Assembly: GCF_000981445.1 (NCBI RefSeq) | Contig: NC_027216.1 | Coordinates: 124,001-188,000 of the forward strand | DNA from: Babesia bigemina | Taxonomy: Eukaryota | Length of the DNA stretch: 64,000 nt | Reading direction: 5' to 3' | In this document: one piece after another, positions 47,912 through 60,540 of the stretch | How positions within the stretch are numbered: the stretch's first letter is position 1 | Layout: the number at the start of each line of letters is the position of its first letter | Notes under the pieces: model-generated | What the model saw: the letters and a program-made list of their open reading frames with translations, nothing else | The model's database searches: none | Told to the model about the DNA's origin: nothing | Position numbers and translations under genes: made by a program

Positions 47912-48832
47912 ACCAGCACAAAGCGTGCTTAGTGCTTTGCTGGTTCACTTCTTCATCTTTATCGAGTATCACTCAGCTCTAATTTCAGTAAGCCTTTCGA
48001 CGAATCATCAAACCTGTGCGCTGTGTAATGTCCAATGCCACACGGCAGTACATACTGGTCTGACTGCATAATTGTGCACAAGACCTATTCGCAACTAGTA
48101 TCTGAATCGCTGAGTAATACCTTTAAAATGTTTGGAGAAGATGGTAGCACTCAAACGACGATAATGTGGCCTTTTTGAGTAACTATGACTGAAGATATAT
48201 GATTGGAGGGCCTCTCTCCACGGCATATCCGAAGAAGGAACAATGCCGTTTAAGCAAATTCGAATTAAGGGTAGGTTCTTTTTTAAATTAGAGTCTGTTT
48301 TGAGGGTAAGTTGGCATCTTATTCAACGATTGTCGTAAGGATAAGGCTGAATCAACTGGCTACGTTGATGTTGATAAGCCGTGTAGGGAAAGATATGGTG
48401 GCGAGAAATTACATCTCAATATCCCGTAAATACCATATTTGGCATGACAAAACCCGTCTTAGAAGTGCATTGCCCAAGCACGGACGACAGAAGATGCGTA
48501 CGTTGCCACTTAACACACACTATCCAAATAGATAGAGGATGTCTCACTGAGAACATTTTAACAACGCGTTCTAGACATTGATGTTTTGTTAATTAAAGTA
48601 CGACATCATGTGTACATTTATCTCATAGATTCGGGCCATGGAGTATGTGCAGAGATTTTCCTAGGCTTTTTGCTGTCTAGTTGGCGGTCTGGACTTTGCG
48701 CTGGCATTTTTTTGACCATCAATAAAACTTTGTGCATTCCAATGTAATCGCATATATATAAATTCAGTTTCTACATTGACAAATTTTAGTATTGAACGTA
48801 GCTTCCGTCAATATTAGGATGTGAAATGCGTA

Positions 48833-51700
48833 ATGATGGCCAACATTGGAATTATAATTCGATTATCCGTTTGCGCCATATCGGTGTGTTGGATCAGAAG
48901 TATCTCCGCATTACGTTGTGATTTCAGGGATCCGCATGGATTACCCAGCGGACAAGCCCTCATTCTGTGCAATATGGATATAGGCTTATCGAGCTCCGGG
49001 ACTGTGATATGCCCTCGCCGAGTCAACGACACCGAATATGTATGGCATCCTCAAGCAGACCCCGACGAACACACTCCGGTTAACACCTACATCAGCTACA
49101 ATGGTGTGATTCGCTCCGTTGCTCTTTCGGATGTGATTCTCAGTGAATCCGAAGATCGGTTCATCTGGTTCGAATCCAATGCGTCAAAAACAAAAATGCA
49201 TTTAGAGTTTTCAATGGATAGAATATATGCCATTACGGAACACCGCTTCATATTCATCTGCGGACCGCGTGAATTGTTTTTGTCCGAAATATTGCAGAGT
49301 CACCTGGACCGTCTTAGGAGTGGCGTTCAAATGCAATCTTTTTCCTGGAATTCATCCACAAGGTTGGCTAGAGAAATCGTGAAAATAGGGAGTGGTTTGG
49401 GCATATTATTCTTATATAGAGGACGATATCATTTACCTCTTCAAGGCTGTGGGAGTCGCCCTTCACCGCTATTTGCTTCGGATAACGAGGTGACTGTGGA
49501 TCCGATCACAGGCATTCGTTCATGTGTGGCTGATCCTATGTCAAAAACAAGAATTGGTTTTGTTTGTGAAGGCGTAATAGAACCAGTTGATTGCATGAAA
49601 TCACTCTTGAATACGAATGGCGATGTTGTAAGTGTTCCTGCACCATATCCGTATTGGAATATCCATAACCATGCACCGTGGGTGATAGCGAAATACTTTA
49701 ATGACGTCGCATTACCACGTTTCAACGGCGAATGTCGATGCATAGATCCTGAGACTGGTCACGTCAAGGCAAGGATGGAGATCCGTTGGAAAACTGAATA
49801 CGTATGTGACATAGCTAGCTTGATATTCCGAAACCGGGTGCGCCGTATCCATGATAATTGGTGTTCGGTTGTCCTCCATCCTGGCAGTACATTGACCATA
49901 AAGTTCCCAATAGAACACGTCGATGCAACGAATATAGATCAGGATCTCCCCAGTGTTATAGGACGGGGGAATCCCCCCAGCTATTTATTCGCAACTAAGT
50001 TTCGTCCGAAGACGTTGACGGTGTTTCGGCAGCTAACGCGAATTTATGGTAATACTTATGGCGAAGTCATGTACCGTAATACCATTGCTGGCGATGCGCT
50101 CGAATTGGATGTTTCCCGTATGTCCCAAGGAGTGGTGAAGCTGAAGTATCAGGAGAACACGCCGCTGGCGTTAATCGGGGGATTGAATTCGTTCTTTTAT
50201 CATTGGACATTGAAGGCAATAAAGGGTTATGAGTTTGATAAGATTCGGGCCGTCGTCGACGTCTCCTTTGCGTTTACGCATCAGTATTACATTGTAGGTT
50301 GCGACCGAGGGGCATCAAGCGTCTTTTATCCGGAAATGAACACACAATATTGCTCGAATGTGACCATGGGCAACGGCATAGGAGAAGTATACGAATGCTC
50401 AGTCTATATTTCAATGGACGATTGGCAGGCTGGCATACGCTGCCAGCCAGATGAAGACCTTATGCCGGATAATTGTAAATCTGCGGTATACGATCTGTAC
50501 TACAATCAAATAACCCCGTTTCCGGAATCAGTGCGAAGTGCTACACATCAAACTATTCCAGGCTTCCAGGTTTTCGACTTCGAATTCATAGAAAGTATTC
50601 CTCTCAGCTATGCTTGTATATGCGTCGACGAAAATGGGTATGAGAAGTCTAAACTCGTTCTGGAGTCTTACGGTGAAAAAACGCGATTTTACAGAGTACG
50701 TCATGAAGAGATGTCTCATGCACCAATTCCTTACATATTGCTTCCGGGGAGTGAGATTGGAGTATTAGATGAATGGCCGGCATTACCCATATCGATTGTT
50801 TTACAATACATATATCCAACTTACGCCACATTGTACGTGGGGACAACGTTGTCAATGACTTGTGCCCTTGATCCCGAAGTTCGAAACCGTACAGGTAATG
50901 GGCTAATACGAACGTCATGGCTTCCAAATCGGCCCCAAGAATTCCATTATGTTGTTATTCATAGATCGCATGGGCGTGAGCTTATTAGGAAATCGCACAA
51001 CGACGTCATTATTGGTGCGACGCATGGTTTTCGAGTTGTGAACAATACATACCTAGTAGTATACAAACATTTAATAATAGAGTCTCGTAGAGGAGCTATC
51101 TTGATATCGAAGGATCCAGCTCACCGTCACTATGTGCCCATGACATTTGTCTGCGGCAAGGTACCCGATGAGTCGGATGGGGTCATCATGACTGGCAACA
51201 CCTTAACATCAGACGGACCTGAAACCTCGGCAACGCATATTATAGGATTAACTGGGCGATACACTTGGGACGTAGTTCAAGTTGCCGTCGAGACAACTGA
51301 CCCCTACATGCAAGGCTGCGGCGTCACATACGCATCAGATGAGTTGTTCAAACCGGAGACACCCAAGCTCTACGATGCTGACGGACAACCTCAGTTTGGA
51401 TGCAAGATCGACATTAAAGCTGCTAAGGAAGCGGCTTTCTACTGCCCAGCACCGTACGTCCTGGACCCACCCAACTGCTTCGACCAAGTGTTAGTGGAGG
51501 GTGAAGCAAAGAGTTTGAGTGACATCAGCCAGTCTTTGGTAGCATCACATTCCAACCACTTCATCATTCTAAAGTTCGACAGTGATAATATAGGACCTGG
51601 GGAGGAGCTGCGCCAGACGCCGCCATTGGAGTGCCGCTGCACCACCGTTAAGCGCATAGTCCTATCAACCATCCAGATCGAGAACTACTACTCCAAGTAA
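48833..51700 (+). CDS. Secreted multi-domain 6-Cys (s48/45-like) family protein of Babesia type
   Basis: Signal-like N-terminus and repeated Cys-spaced modules: GCGS...C...GFVC...P.DC...CRC; GCD...C...GIRC...PDNC...CIC; and GCG...C...AFYCP....PPNCF...CRC. No C-terminal hydrophobic anchor is seen. Intronless and AT-richer than the core genes. Confidence 0.72.
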   Translation: MMANIGIIIRLSVCAISVCWIRSISALRCDFRDPHGLPSGQALILCNMDIGLSSSGTVICPRRVNDTEYVWHPQADPDEHTPVNTYISYNGVIRSVALSDVILSESEDRFIWFESNASKTKMHLEFSMDRIYAITEHRFIFICGPRELFLSEILQSHLDRLRSGVQMQSFSWNSSTRLAREIVKIGSGLGILFLYRGRYHLPLQGCGSRPSPLFASDNEVTVDPITGIRSCVADPMSKTRIGFVCEGVIEPVDCMKSLLNTNGDVVSVPAPYPYWNIHNHAPWVIAKYFNDVALPRFNGECRCIDPETGHVKARMEIRWKTEYVCDIASLIFRNRVRRIHDNWCSVVLHPGSTLTIKFPIEHVDATNIDQDLPSVIGRGNPPSYLFATKFRPKTLTVFRQLTRIYGNTYGEVMYRNTIAGDALELDVSRMSQGVVKLKYQENTPLALIGGLNSFFYHWTLKAIKGYEFDKIRAVVDVSFAFTHQYYIVGCDRGASSVFYPEMNTQYCSNVTMGNGIGEVYECSVYISMDDWQAGIRCQPDEDLMPDNCKSAVYDLYYNQITPFPESVRSATHQTIPGFQVFDFEFIESIPLSYACICVDENGYEKSKLVLESYGEKTRFYRVRHEEMSHAPIPYILLPGSEIGVLDEWPALPISIVLQYIYPTYATLYVGTTLSMTCALDPEVRNRTGNGLIRTSWLPNRPQEFHYVVIHRSHGRELIRKSHNDVIIGATHGFRVVNNTYLVVYKHLIIESRRGAILISKDPAHRHYVPMTFVCGKVPDESDGVIMTGNTLTSDGPETSATHIIGLTGRYTWDVVQVAVETTDPYMQGCGVTYASDELFKPETPKLYDADGQPQFGCKIDIKAAKEAAFYCPAPYVLDPPNCFDQVLVEGEAKSLSDISQSLVASHSNHFIILKFDSDNIGPGEELRQTPPLECRCTTVKRIVLSTIQIENYYSK

Positions 51701-52997
51701 TGAGTAGATGAAACTCGGTAACCTATTTGGCAATGACGCACTGTAATCGTCATACGTCACGTTGGTCGATCTGCTGGGTTGTGTCTTCAGTGAGAGCATT
51801 GCTTTGTGAAGAGTGTGGTAATTGTAATTACCAGTCTAACGACATGTTCTGGTGTTGTCGTAGCTTTTTGTAACTAGTGTGAACGGCCGTGGACCCTGTG
51901 AAGACTGTGCTGTGGAATTAATTGTCACAACCATTTAGTTGGGCACTGTCTACCGCAGGTATGAGGAAGGTGCAACTTGGAGATTTGAATCGCTGCTCGC
52001 AATTTGACGCCTTGGCGATGCCATGAACACGCAACAAAGCGTAGAATACGGCACCTTGAACGAGACTTCGCTGACGCCCCCAATTTGGGTGAGCAACCAC
52101 TGGGGCGGTGCCTGAGCACGTTGGTCGACCGCTGGGAGTGGGTGGATAGAACGTGTGGATTTCACCTTATATGGGCGAATCTCGGTGAATATTTGCCTGT
52201 GTATGAGTTAATCTTCAGGGTGGTGGCATTTATCGTCAACATTGTGATAAGCCTCGAGGTCGTAACCCCAGACTGCACCCCACATGCTACTTCGGGGGCA
52301 CCCCGCAAACCTCGTTATCCACTTATTTAAACCCCGAAAGGGTTGCAGTGCGCGTCAACACGGTACCATTCCAAGCGTAGATTTGGCGTTTTATCAATTC
52401 TATCACGGGTGAGTGTAATTTGTTTCAAATTATGGTTGTAAACCAGTGCTACAGTACATGCGTTAGCTACGGGTAGTAATGGTGTATCAGAGTTGCAAGT
52501 TCTTGTAACAAGATTACGAGGGCAAACATGGACTGTAATCATGGCTTGTATCTCTGATTGAAGAGATGCTTTTGAGCTAAACGTATATTGGTCACTATTT
52601 TTGCAACATGGCTTATCAAAGGGGTAACCGGAAGCCGTTATTGTCTGAAGGCCAAGAAAAGCCAAATAATTCGGCAACGTATGTTTTGAAGAGTCTATAC
52701 ACGGATGGTGAAGATCACAGGCTAAGGGAGATACAGGAGGCACTGAAGCGCTTGAAAAAGCTTATGCTACGGACCGACGCTTTACATAGTGACATCCTGA
52801 GCGATCTTCGATCATATGTGACCTTGTGTTTGAATAATCAAACAGGACATTCACCATCATGTAACGGTAATAATTGTAAGCAGCAGCTCTGTTGTCTTTT
52901 TCCGCAATTACAACGCAGCTGTTTAGGGGCTCGGCTTGCAAATGGACAAATTATCAAAACCTCCAAAAGGTGGCATAATTTAACGAATCAGTGCAAC

Positions 52998-53759
52998 ATG
53001 GCGTATTTTGCGTTTACGGACGCCCCTCGCAACGTGAAGGAAGGTATTGACTGGCTGATAGCCCTGAAAGGAACTGATCCAGAAAACAACATAAAGGCTA
53101 TAGGTGAGGCAATTCACAAGTTTCTCGCAGACAAGCCTGTCGGAAAGATGAAGATTCCAGCCCTCGAGCGAATCAAATGCATATCTAAAAATTTTTTGCA
53201 GCAGGAGAGTATAAAAGACTGCCCGTTGGTAAATGACATGCTGAGAAAATTCAATAAGGCGTGGGATAAAAGTGCCGGTAAATGGCTCAAGCGCTTGTTT
53301 CGTATCTACGAAAGCGATTACAAGAACGTCATACAGTCCAAGGGTCTCACCGCCGAAACGATTTCAAACAACCTAGGCAAGGTTGTATACGCTTGTGAGG
53401 AGTTTCTGCGAGGTATCAAAGTCCCCGGCCAGTATAGGTCTGCTTACAGTTCGGAAGCAATGTTCTATGCAGCATGCGCCAAATTCCCTGAAGCTTGCGC
53501 AGTTGTTGTCGTGGGTATTGCGCCAATGTTGTACGTAGGCCTACAGTCCTTGAGTGATGCAAGCGTAGATGCATTTTTGAGGTGGCCGCCCTTTACTGCG
53601 TACAATCGTATGCAAGAGGTGTTAAAAGCCGTGGGATACGTAGAACCGGGGTGCCGCCGTGGCATGAAGGCTTCGCATATCCTCAGTGCGTTTAGAGGTT
53701 TTAATTTGCGCATATTTAAGAACATTTATGATTTCGCGGGGTTTTGGGCTTTCTATTGA
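52998..53759 (+). CDS. Short VESA-like family protein (second copy)
   Basis: MAYFAFTDAPRNVKEGIDWLIALKG...YRSAYSSEA...CAKFPEACAVVVVGIAPMLY...IYDFAGFWAFY. The start is chosen by homology to the 29082 copy; the frame is open from 52608. Confidence 0.8.
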   Translation: MAYFAFTDAPRNVKEGIDWLIALKGTDPENNIKAIGEAIHKFLADKPVGKMKIPALERIKCISKNFLQQESIKDCPLVNDMLRKFNKAWDKSAGKWLKRLFRIYESDYKNVIQSKGLTAETISNNLGKVVYACEEFLRGIKVPGQYRSAYSSEAMFYAACAKFPEACAVVVVGIAPMLYVGLQSLSDASVDAFLRWPPFTAYNRMQEVLKAVGYVEPGCRRGMKASHILSAFRGFNLRIFKNIYDFAGFWAFY

Positions 53760-56427
53760 GTGGATATTGCGAATAATCTGTGAAATCAGCTACACAAAAC
53801 TGGGTTGTATCCGCTGTTCCAGTAAATTGGCATCATTAAATCTCGGGATGAATATCTGATTTGCGAAATGTAGTGCAAAGAAGCTTGGTGATTACGATCT
53901 CCATCCACTACACCGTATTAACGAATGAAGCAACTCTTTTTGGTTTTTCCCGCATTGTATTCAGTACTGTAGCTGTCGGTTTGTGGTTACAAGGCTAAGC
54001 TATTCAATGTCCGTATACCCGACGGACATTGTGGAGGCCCGAGGCATGTAAATTGCTGTGCACACTTTATGCCTTATCATGTGGATGGGAAATAAATGTC
54101 TCCACCGCTAACTAATTGGCATATCAGTTGTTCAAACACAAAGCATTTGTTGAGTATTAGGTGTGTAAGCCCACTGTGGAAATTTTAATCAACAATTTCA
54201 TATTCAATCGTAGTTAGTCCTTTTAGGACTCATGGGATTAGTTATACCCAAATTATCAACCATAAAAGAGACCAGTATAAGGATGTGGCGTGCATAGATA
54301 CTATGAATCCGTTTTTTGTTTGCCTCGTAGCAACGGGATGGACGGAACTTATCCTGATAAAATCATATAAAACCTGTCTTCACCTATGGTATACACGGAC
54401 CTAATTGGATGCATAATCTATCCCGTCGCTTTGTTTTGTATCTTATGATGGCTTTTTAGACGTGGATAAAGTCGCGACAGATATAGTAATCGCTGACAAT
54501 GCAGAAACCATCCGCACCACTACGATTCACCGGTAAAGTGCCTCTCACTTAGCAGGCTGCGTTAGCAATAGGATCAACAAGGTAATATTCATATGTTTTT
54601 AGAGTTTGGAGCATTACGCCAAAGGCATACTGCAGGATATACCACACAACACGGATGATTCAAATTCGAAAAAAAAGGCACCACGCGATAGGCCGCACAG
54701 CTGAAATGCAGGAACTTCGGGAGTCACCCTAAGACATAGCTATAAGATAAAAATCAAGCACTGTTCACCAACCAGGACTCCATGAGCAGTATCAGCTACT
54801 ACGTTGGATAGTTCTGCGGATATTGGCCACTTCGCCAGGATTTACATGTATGTGGACAAGAGACTCGCAATAGCAGAGGCATATGCACTGTGGACACAAA
54901 ATCTCTATACACCCAGGAATCAACTGGTCTGGGTCCTCACATCAAGCAACTCTACGGTTTATGCACGAAAACCCTGTAACAGATTTTGTTTGGGAGAGCA
55001 TTCAATCTACTGAAATAACTCAAGACAGTAATCTGTATGGGGACTGATGTGGTGATGCGATATAGCAATAGGCATACGCTAGGCACACTCATGCGGGATA
55101 TGGATGCACGAAAACACGTTTCGAGATAAATAAAATCTATAATTTTGTGGTTACCGACTCTACATTAGGATATTATTACGAATATCGATGTCCGTCTTGA
55201 CCACACTGACGGCATCCAACGTTACCGATAATAAAACCTCTTATCATACGCATTATGCATCAAGCGAGGGGCCCAGATGTTCTTAGTATGTATTAAACGC
55301 AACAAGGAGCCGAATGCAACCGATTACAACAACACAAACACGCAACACTTAGATGCAACGGCACCCACAAGAATAAACGTTCTTTAGTTATACATGGTTT
55401 TGCTATATTCAACAATGCCAAGATGAATATTGACAACAAAATAAAGCCACGACCAAATGTACTAAACAAATTACCAAAGTTGTTTGTTTGAACATACAAC
55501 ATTAATGCACCACATAGTTGCTGAACGATGTCGAGCACCAGGTGATGAGGCGGCTAATGCTTTGACGTCTGGATACCTCAATGAATGAAGCCACAGCCCA
55601 CAGAGCAACAATGGTCTGCGGAATAATTGCAATTTTCGTTAGCTACGGGCCGTTCGTTGCTTCACACGTGCCAAACGAACTTGGAAAACTACAGACACCC
55701 TTACTGCGTACCAATGTAGGAATTGCGTGAATCTTAGACAGCAAACGTGACGCTAACTGTTCCTGCCAGCACGGAAATGACCATATAAACCGACGCGCTG
55801 CGGGCGTGCCTATGCCGCATTGCATTTTTCGTATGACAAACACCTTTTCAGTGCAAGGGCGTGAAGTCGCGCTTAAGAAGTCTGCTTGAGTGCACATCTA
55901 CACCTATCGCAACGCACATCGAGGTACTGAAGCAATGCTTCCATCAGTTCCGGTGATATTTAGACTACTTATAATTGTATATTACTACATGCCTGTAGTT
56001 CGTGTCAACTTCCTGTAGAAACGCCTCGTCAGTGGCGTTTAAGTTGATTTGGCGACGTCAAATGGAGCGGCTATAAGGTCAGGAGCCACGCATGTTTTAC
56101 TTAAGTATATGTATTATCATTTTCCTTATTCACTATTAAAAGTGTTTGCCGCAGTTCCCTAGATTCTAGGTAAATGTCTATGCGTTGTTCTGTGGTGCAC
56201 GGCAATGTGTATACAACAATGTCGTTGATAATGATGGCATGATAGGTCACATGTCATATATTGTCGCCGGTTTCATCCAGAGCGATTGTATCGCAATGGG
56301 TTGCTACGACAAATGATATCATAGATGTCTAATGCAGTTCACATCTCGATTCATACATCACGCGTCTTGAACTGCGGTTTGTTTGTAAACCTGTCACAGA
56401 ATGCTCAACCAATAGTTATGCAAAACA

Positions 56428-58160
56428 ATGTCTAAACACCAAAAGCCAGGATCTACAGGAGGTGATGTGGAATCTGGAGAAAATGGTGCAAAGAAACAAA
56501 CTGAAGACTATGGCACCTTCGGTCAAGTGTTGTACCACTTGGTGTCTTTCACGGAGGGGTATGAACAGCAGGTGTTGTACTTGTGCATGAGGCTCTTCGA
56601 GTCAACTATGGGTTTCACGAAGCAGCAGCAGACGATGTTGATGACTGTGTCTATCATGTCGCGCTTATGCTTCTCACTTGTTTGGGGGCTGCTAGCAGAT
56701 GCGTTTGAGACTAACCTCGTGATGTCTGCTGGGTTATTATTCATGGGAATCGCCTCCATTCTGCTAAGCGCCACGTCACGCTTCTCGTCGGTAGGTTGCA
56801 AGCGTTGCACTGCTCATGGTGTCTGCAGATCCTCTTCTTGCGCTTCTTACATGGCGCCGCATTCGGCTGCATCTATCCAGTTCAGCAAAAGATTATCTCG
56901 GATAAAGATGAGGATGATGATCGCAACAGCAGCAGCAGCACGTTCACGCGTCTACACGCGCTGAACTGCATTGGCCGTATGCTGTGTGCTGCAATAACCA
57001 CGGAGGCTGCTCAGAACATCTTGCTGGGATTTATCGGCTGGCGTGTGTCATACATTGTGTTGGGTTACGTATGGATTTCGGTTGGCATAGCGATTGTTTT
57101 TGCAATGCAAACTGATAAAGAACTAATATCTCCATATAAATCCATAATGGGGTTCGTCGATCAAATATCCGGCGCTTTTAAAGCGGTTTTCACGAATTGG
57201 TCAGCATTCCTGTGTATCTTTACGATGTTAATCGCGGAGGCCCCTATGTGCACTTTGCCGTATATGATCACGTACCTGGAGTACCTGGGAGTGTCTGATA
57301 TGAAGGTCGGCATTGCGATTTTGGTAACGACCATTGGTGGCGCGGCGGGGACTGCTGCTGGAGGAATAGTTATCGAGAAAATTACAAGTTTGCATACGGA
57401 TTATGGCGAACTGATTGCCGGAATCGTCGTGATGGGCGTGCGATTAATCGTTTGTGTGTTGTTCTTTGTGTCACCGGCGCCAGACGGACGTTTGATGTGG
57501 TACCATTACATAGAGTTTGCGGTTCTCGGCGCGACATTGGTAACCGTTGGCGGCGTGGATAGACCTATCATGAGAAAGGTCATCGAGGACAAGTACCAGG
57601 CCAGCGCGTCCGCGATCATCCAGTGCATATCGGGTATCTCGATCAGCGTCAGTTTCGTCGAGATCTTTGCGTACGTGTCAGAGAAGCTGCATGGTTACGC
57701 CCCGTCAACACAGGCAATTGATGACATGGACGCGGCTCTTAAAGATAACAACACCGAGGCCCTGAGGAAGTCGACCATGTACATGATCGTGATAGGCTCA
57801 CTGCTCAACATCGCGTGTTACGGTGCGCTGTTTGCCACTTATAAACAAGATAAGGAGAATGTTGTGACGGAAAATAAGGTAGAATGGAAGGAAAGGGAGG
57901 CAAGGTTTGAAAAAAGGGAAGAGATAAAGAGGCTAGTGAGTGAGAGAACGTTAGGGGAACAGGCAATATCAAAACTGCCAGAGGATTCAGATCGACTACA
58001 TAACGTGTTAGAAATGCCTGTATCAGAACCAGAAGAGGAAGTAGCAGACTTAGGGGAAGAGGAAGCAGCTACACGCAGGTACGGGAGAAGTGACAGCACG
58101 GATGGTTATCTATCGTCAGAAGAAGCGATACAGGAATTTATCCGCAGTGGAGGCAAATAA
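56428..58160 (+). CDS. Major facilitator superfamily transporter, 2 exons
   Basis: Intron 56791-56828 joins the two ORFs in frame. It has an MFS motif-A-like WGLLADAFE, ILFLRFLHG, GWRVSY, many hydrophobic helices and a charged C-terminal tail. Confidence 0.85.
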
Positions 58161-60005
58161 ACTTCCCAATACATTGCAGAATTTCTCTGTGCTTTGGTCA
58201 CACAAACGCTTGGTACACTATGGTGATGAATTCTCTTTACACAAGTGATAGGCGATTCTTGATCTTCGTGTGATCACGTGCGGTTGATGTTTCGGATGGT
58301 TGAGACATGCGTAAGCGTAGTATCAGCGGATGAAGCCTCTTTAATGCACTGTAAAAGGTGCATATAACTGTGTCAAGCGTTGGTTGCACCCGCTACACTC
58401 CACACGACCGCTTCCCCAACTAAGATGATGTCGTGGAAGCTGTCATCGATGCCATCCCAGGTTTTCGGATTAATGATTCCTCTAGCTCCAGTTAATGCCA
58501 TACGCCTCTACTCTCAAGGGTTTATGTTACAGAAGGGTATTCGTAAGTCTCCAATGACGATTGTATACATTTAAAACATTGGATCACGTGGCAAAAGGTC
58601 AGCTAATTGTAAATGCCATGACCTGTATTGACTATGTTCTCTACTGGATCGGGAAGCCCCTCCTCTTGAGCATCATCACACTATGGTGTATTGCAACACT
58701 CTCTATAGGCCACATGTTGCTATATAGTACGGACATCTTCTTTATCTGCTCCCGCATCCCGGCCATTAAGTTATCCGCCCCTCACCGTCGTCAAGGCTCT
58801 ACTTATTCACGAAAGGAGGATGTGTTCACGTAACGACGTAGGTGAAATTGAAGACGCAGTAGCTTGCCAGCTTGATGCCCCTCAGTAACTATCGCATTCA
58901 CATCGCCACTAGTCATTCGGTGACAAGTTGTGGCACGGTAGTTATAAGTTGCGGTAGTTGTAAATGTTGATTACGACAGGTGCTCTCAAAGTCACGAAAC
59001 TGGTGTACCTACAAGTTGAGAGATTTCAGCGGTATCTATCGCATACTCACGTAATGATCAACTCAGTAATTAATGAAGTAAATGTGTTCAGTCAGCGTTC
59101 TTTCAAGCTATAGGGCTGCACGGCGTCTGTTATGACACGTTCCAAATTAGATCCACATTGAATCCACATCCCACGTACGCAACACAAGATAATGCCGTGT
59201 TGCCTTGGTTATCATTACATACGTTTTAAACCACAAATTAGTATAATGCCTGTGCACCAGGTGAGGTGACAGTACAACGTTGCGTCTAATAGTCACTGCT
59301 ACTGTCTTCGTCGCTGTGTCCTTGAAGCAGTCTCTGCGAGCGATTATTCCAATCCGCAATGTCACTAAACAACGCATACCGTTTCTAAGATATACTTCCC
59401 CCGCTTGTAATTCTGGGACTCCTGGCTGGCCTCCACGTATTTCCAACCTGCGCAGTGTAGTCAATGGAGGCGCATGAGCAACCAACCCAAGTTGTTGCCG
59501 CAGCGGTTGCAGTAGATGTCAACTATGCTGTGTTGGCCAGTTGTCATCATCCGATCCTCCACATAGCCTTCCGAGACATTGTATACCCTGCGACGTTGTC
59601 CATAAAGCGTCTTTGCGCCTACTTGGAGAAGAGCCAGGCGTTTCCGGTGCGGCCGCGGAAGTTAGTCGAAAGGCGATGCGCGGACGTTGTTAGGCTCAAT
59701 CCACATTCCGCGCATCTGATTACATGTATTAGGCTACGTAGCAGCAACGTACGAATACACCTTGCCGCCTTCCGGCACGCGTTCGTTCAACTCGCCCATG
59801 GTTGCGGCGCCCTGACGTTGTTTGCAAAAGGTTTGCTACGTTATTAGTCGCACCATATTCGGGCACGAGCAGTGTTAGTTAACCCGTAAATGACGACACT
59901 CGCCGTAGGGGTGTACACCCTGAGCGTGGTGCCCTCAGATAGGCCGACTCTCGCGGTTCCATGGGCTGCCCGTGAGGATGCGCGTCTATGCGTATGTGAT
60001 TGCAT

Positions 60006-60427
60006 CTACTGCGACGCGTGTTTCGCGATAAGATCCTTCAGCTGTTGCTTGTCACCGCCTGCGCAACGTAAGTGTGATTCCGCGGCAAATTACCAATGTG
60101 CACGTCAATAGACTTGCCGTACTTGAACACCTTGTACATTGGGATGCTGTTGACCCCCTCCTCGTCCGCGATCTGTGGCAGCTCGTCCACGTCTACCTCG
60201 AGGAATAGAACATCCGGGTGCTCCTCGCTGAGCTCCTCGACGAACGCCTTGGACTTCCGGCAGGGCTTACACCAGCTCGCTCCGAACTTTGCGATGACGA
60301 GCTCGCTTGCCTTGAGGGAGGCGTGGTATTCGTCCGTGTTTTTCGCGAGCTTGACCACGAATCGCCGCTGCGGCCGCAGCAGAGGCCCGTAGGCACGCCC
60401 GAGCGCACGGTATGCGAGGGGTATCAT
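60006..60427 (-). CDS. Thioredoxin with a probable mitochondrial presequence, 2 exons
   Basis: KFGASWCKPC, FLEVDVDEL and GVNSIP motifs; intron 60093-60059 gives the C-terminus GGDKQQLKDLIAKHASQ*. The N-terminus MIPLAYRALGRAYGPLLRPQRRF is Arg-rich and has no acidic residues. Confidence 0.88.
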
Positions 60428-60540
60428 TCTGTGATTAAAATTAAAGTGTGTCAAATCCCATACAGCCATATGCCGAGGGGGCGTGGCTGCTTCGGCCGCG
60501 CGTACGCGGCATCACACACCAGACAGCGGCTGGGGGGCGG

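Noticed and set aside
54804..55897. Small ORFs in the AT-rich island, including hydrophobic 55293-55538
   Set aside because: Short, mostly non-ATG starts and no family motif; compatible with chance in T-rich non-coding DNA.
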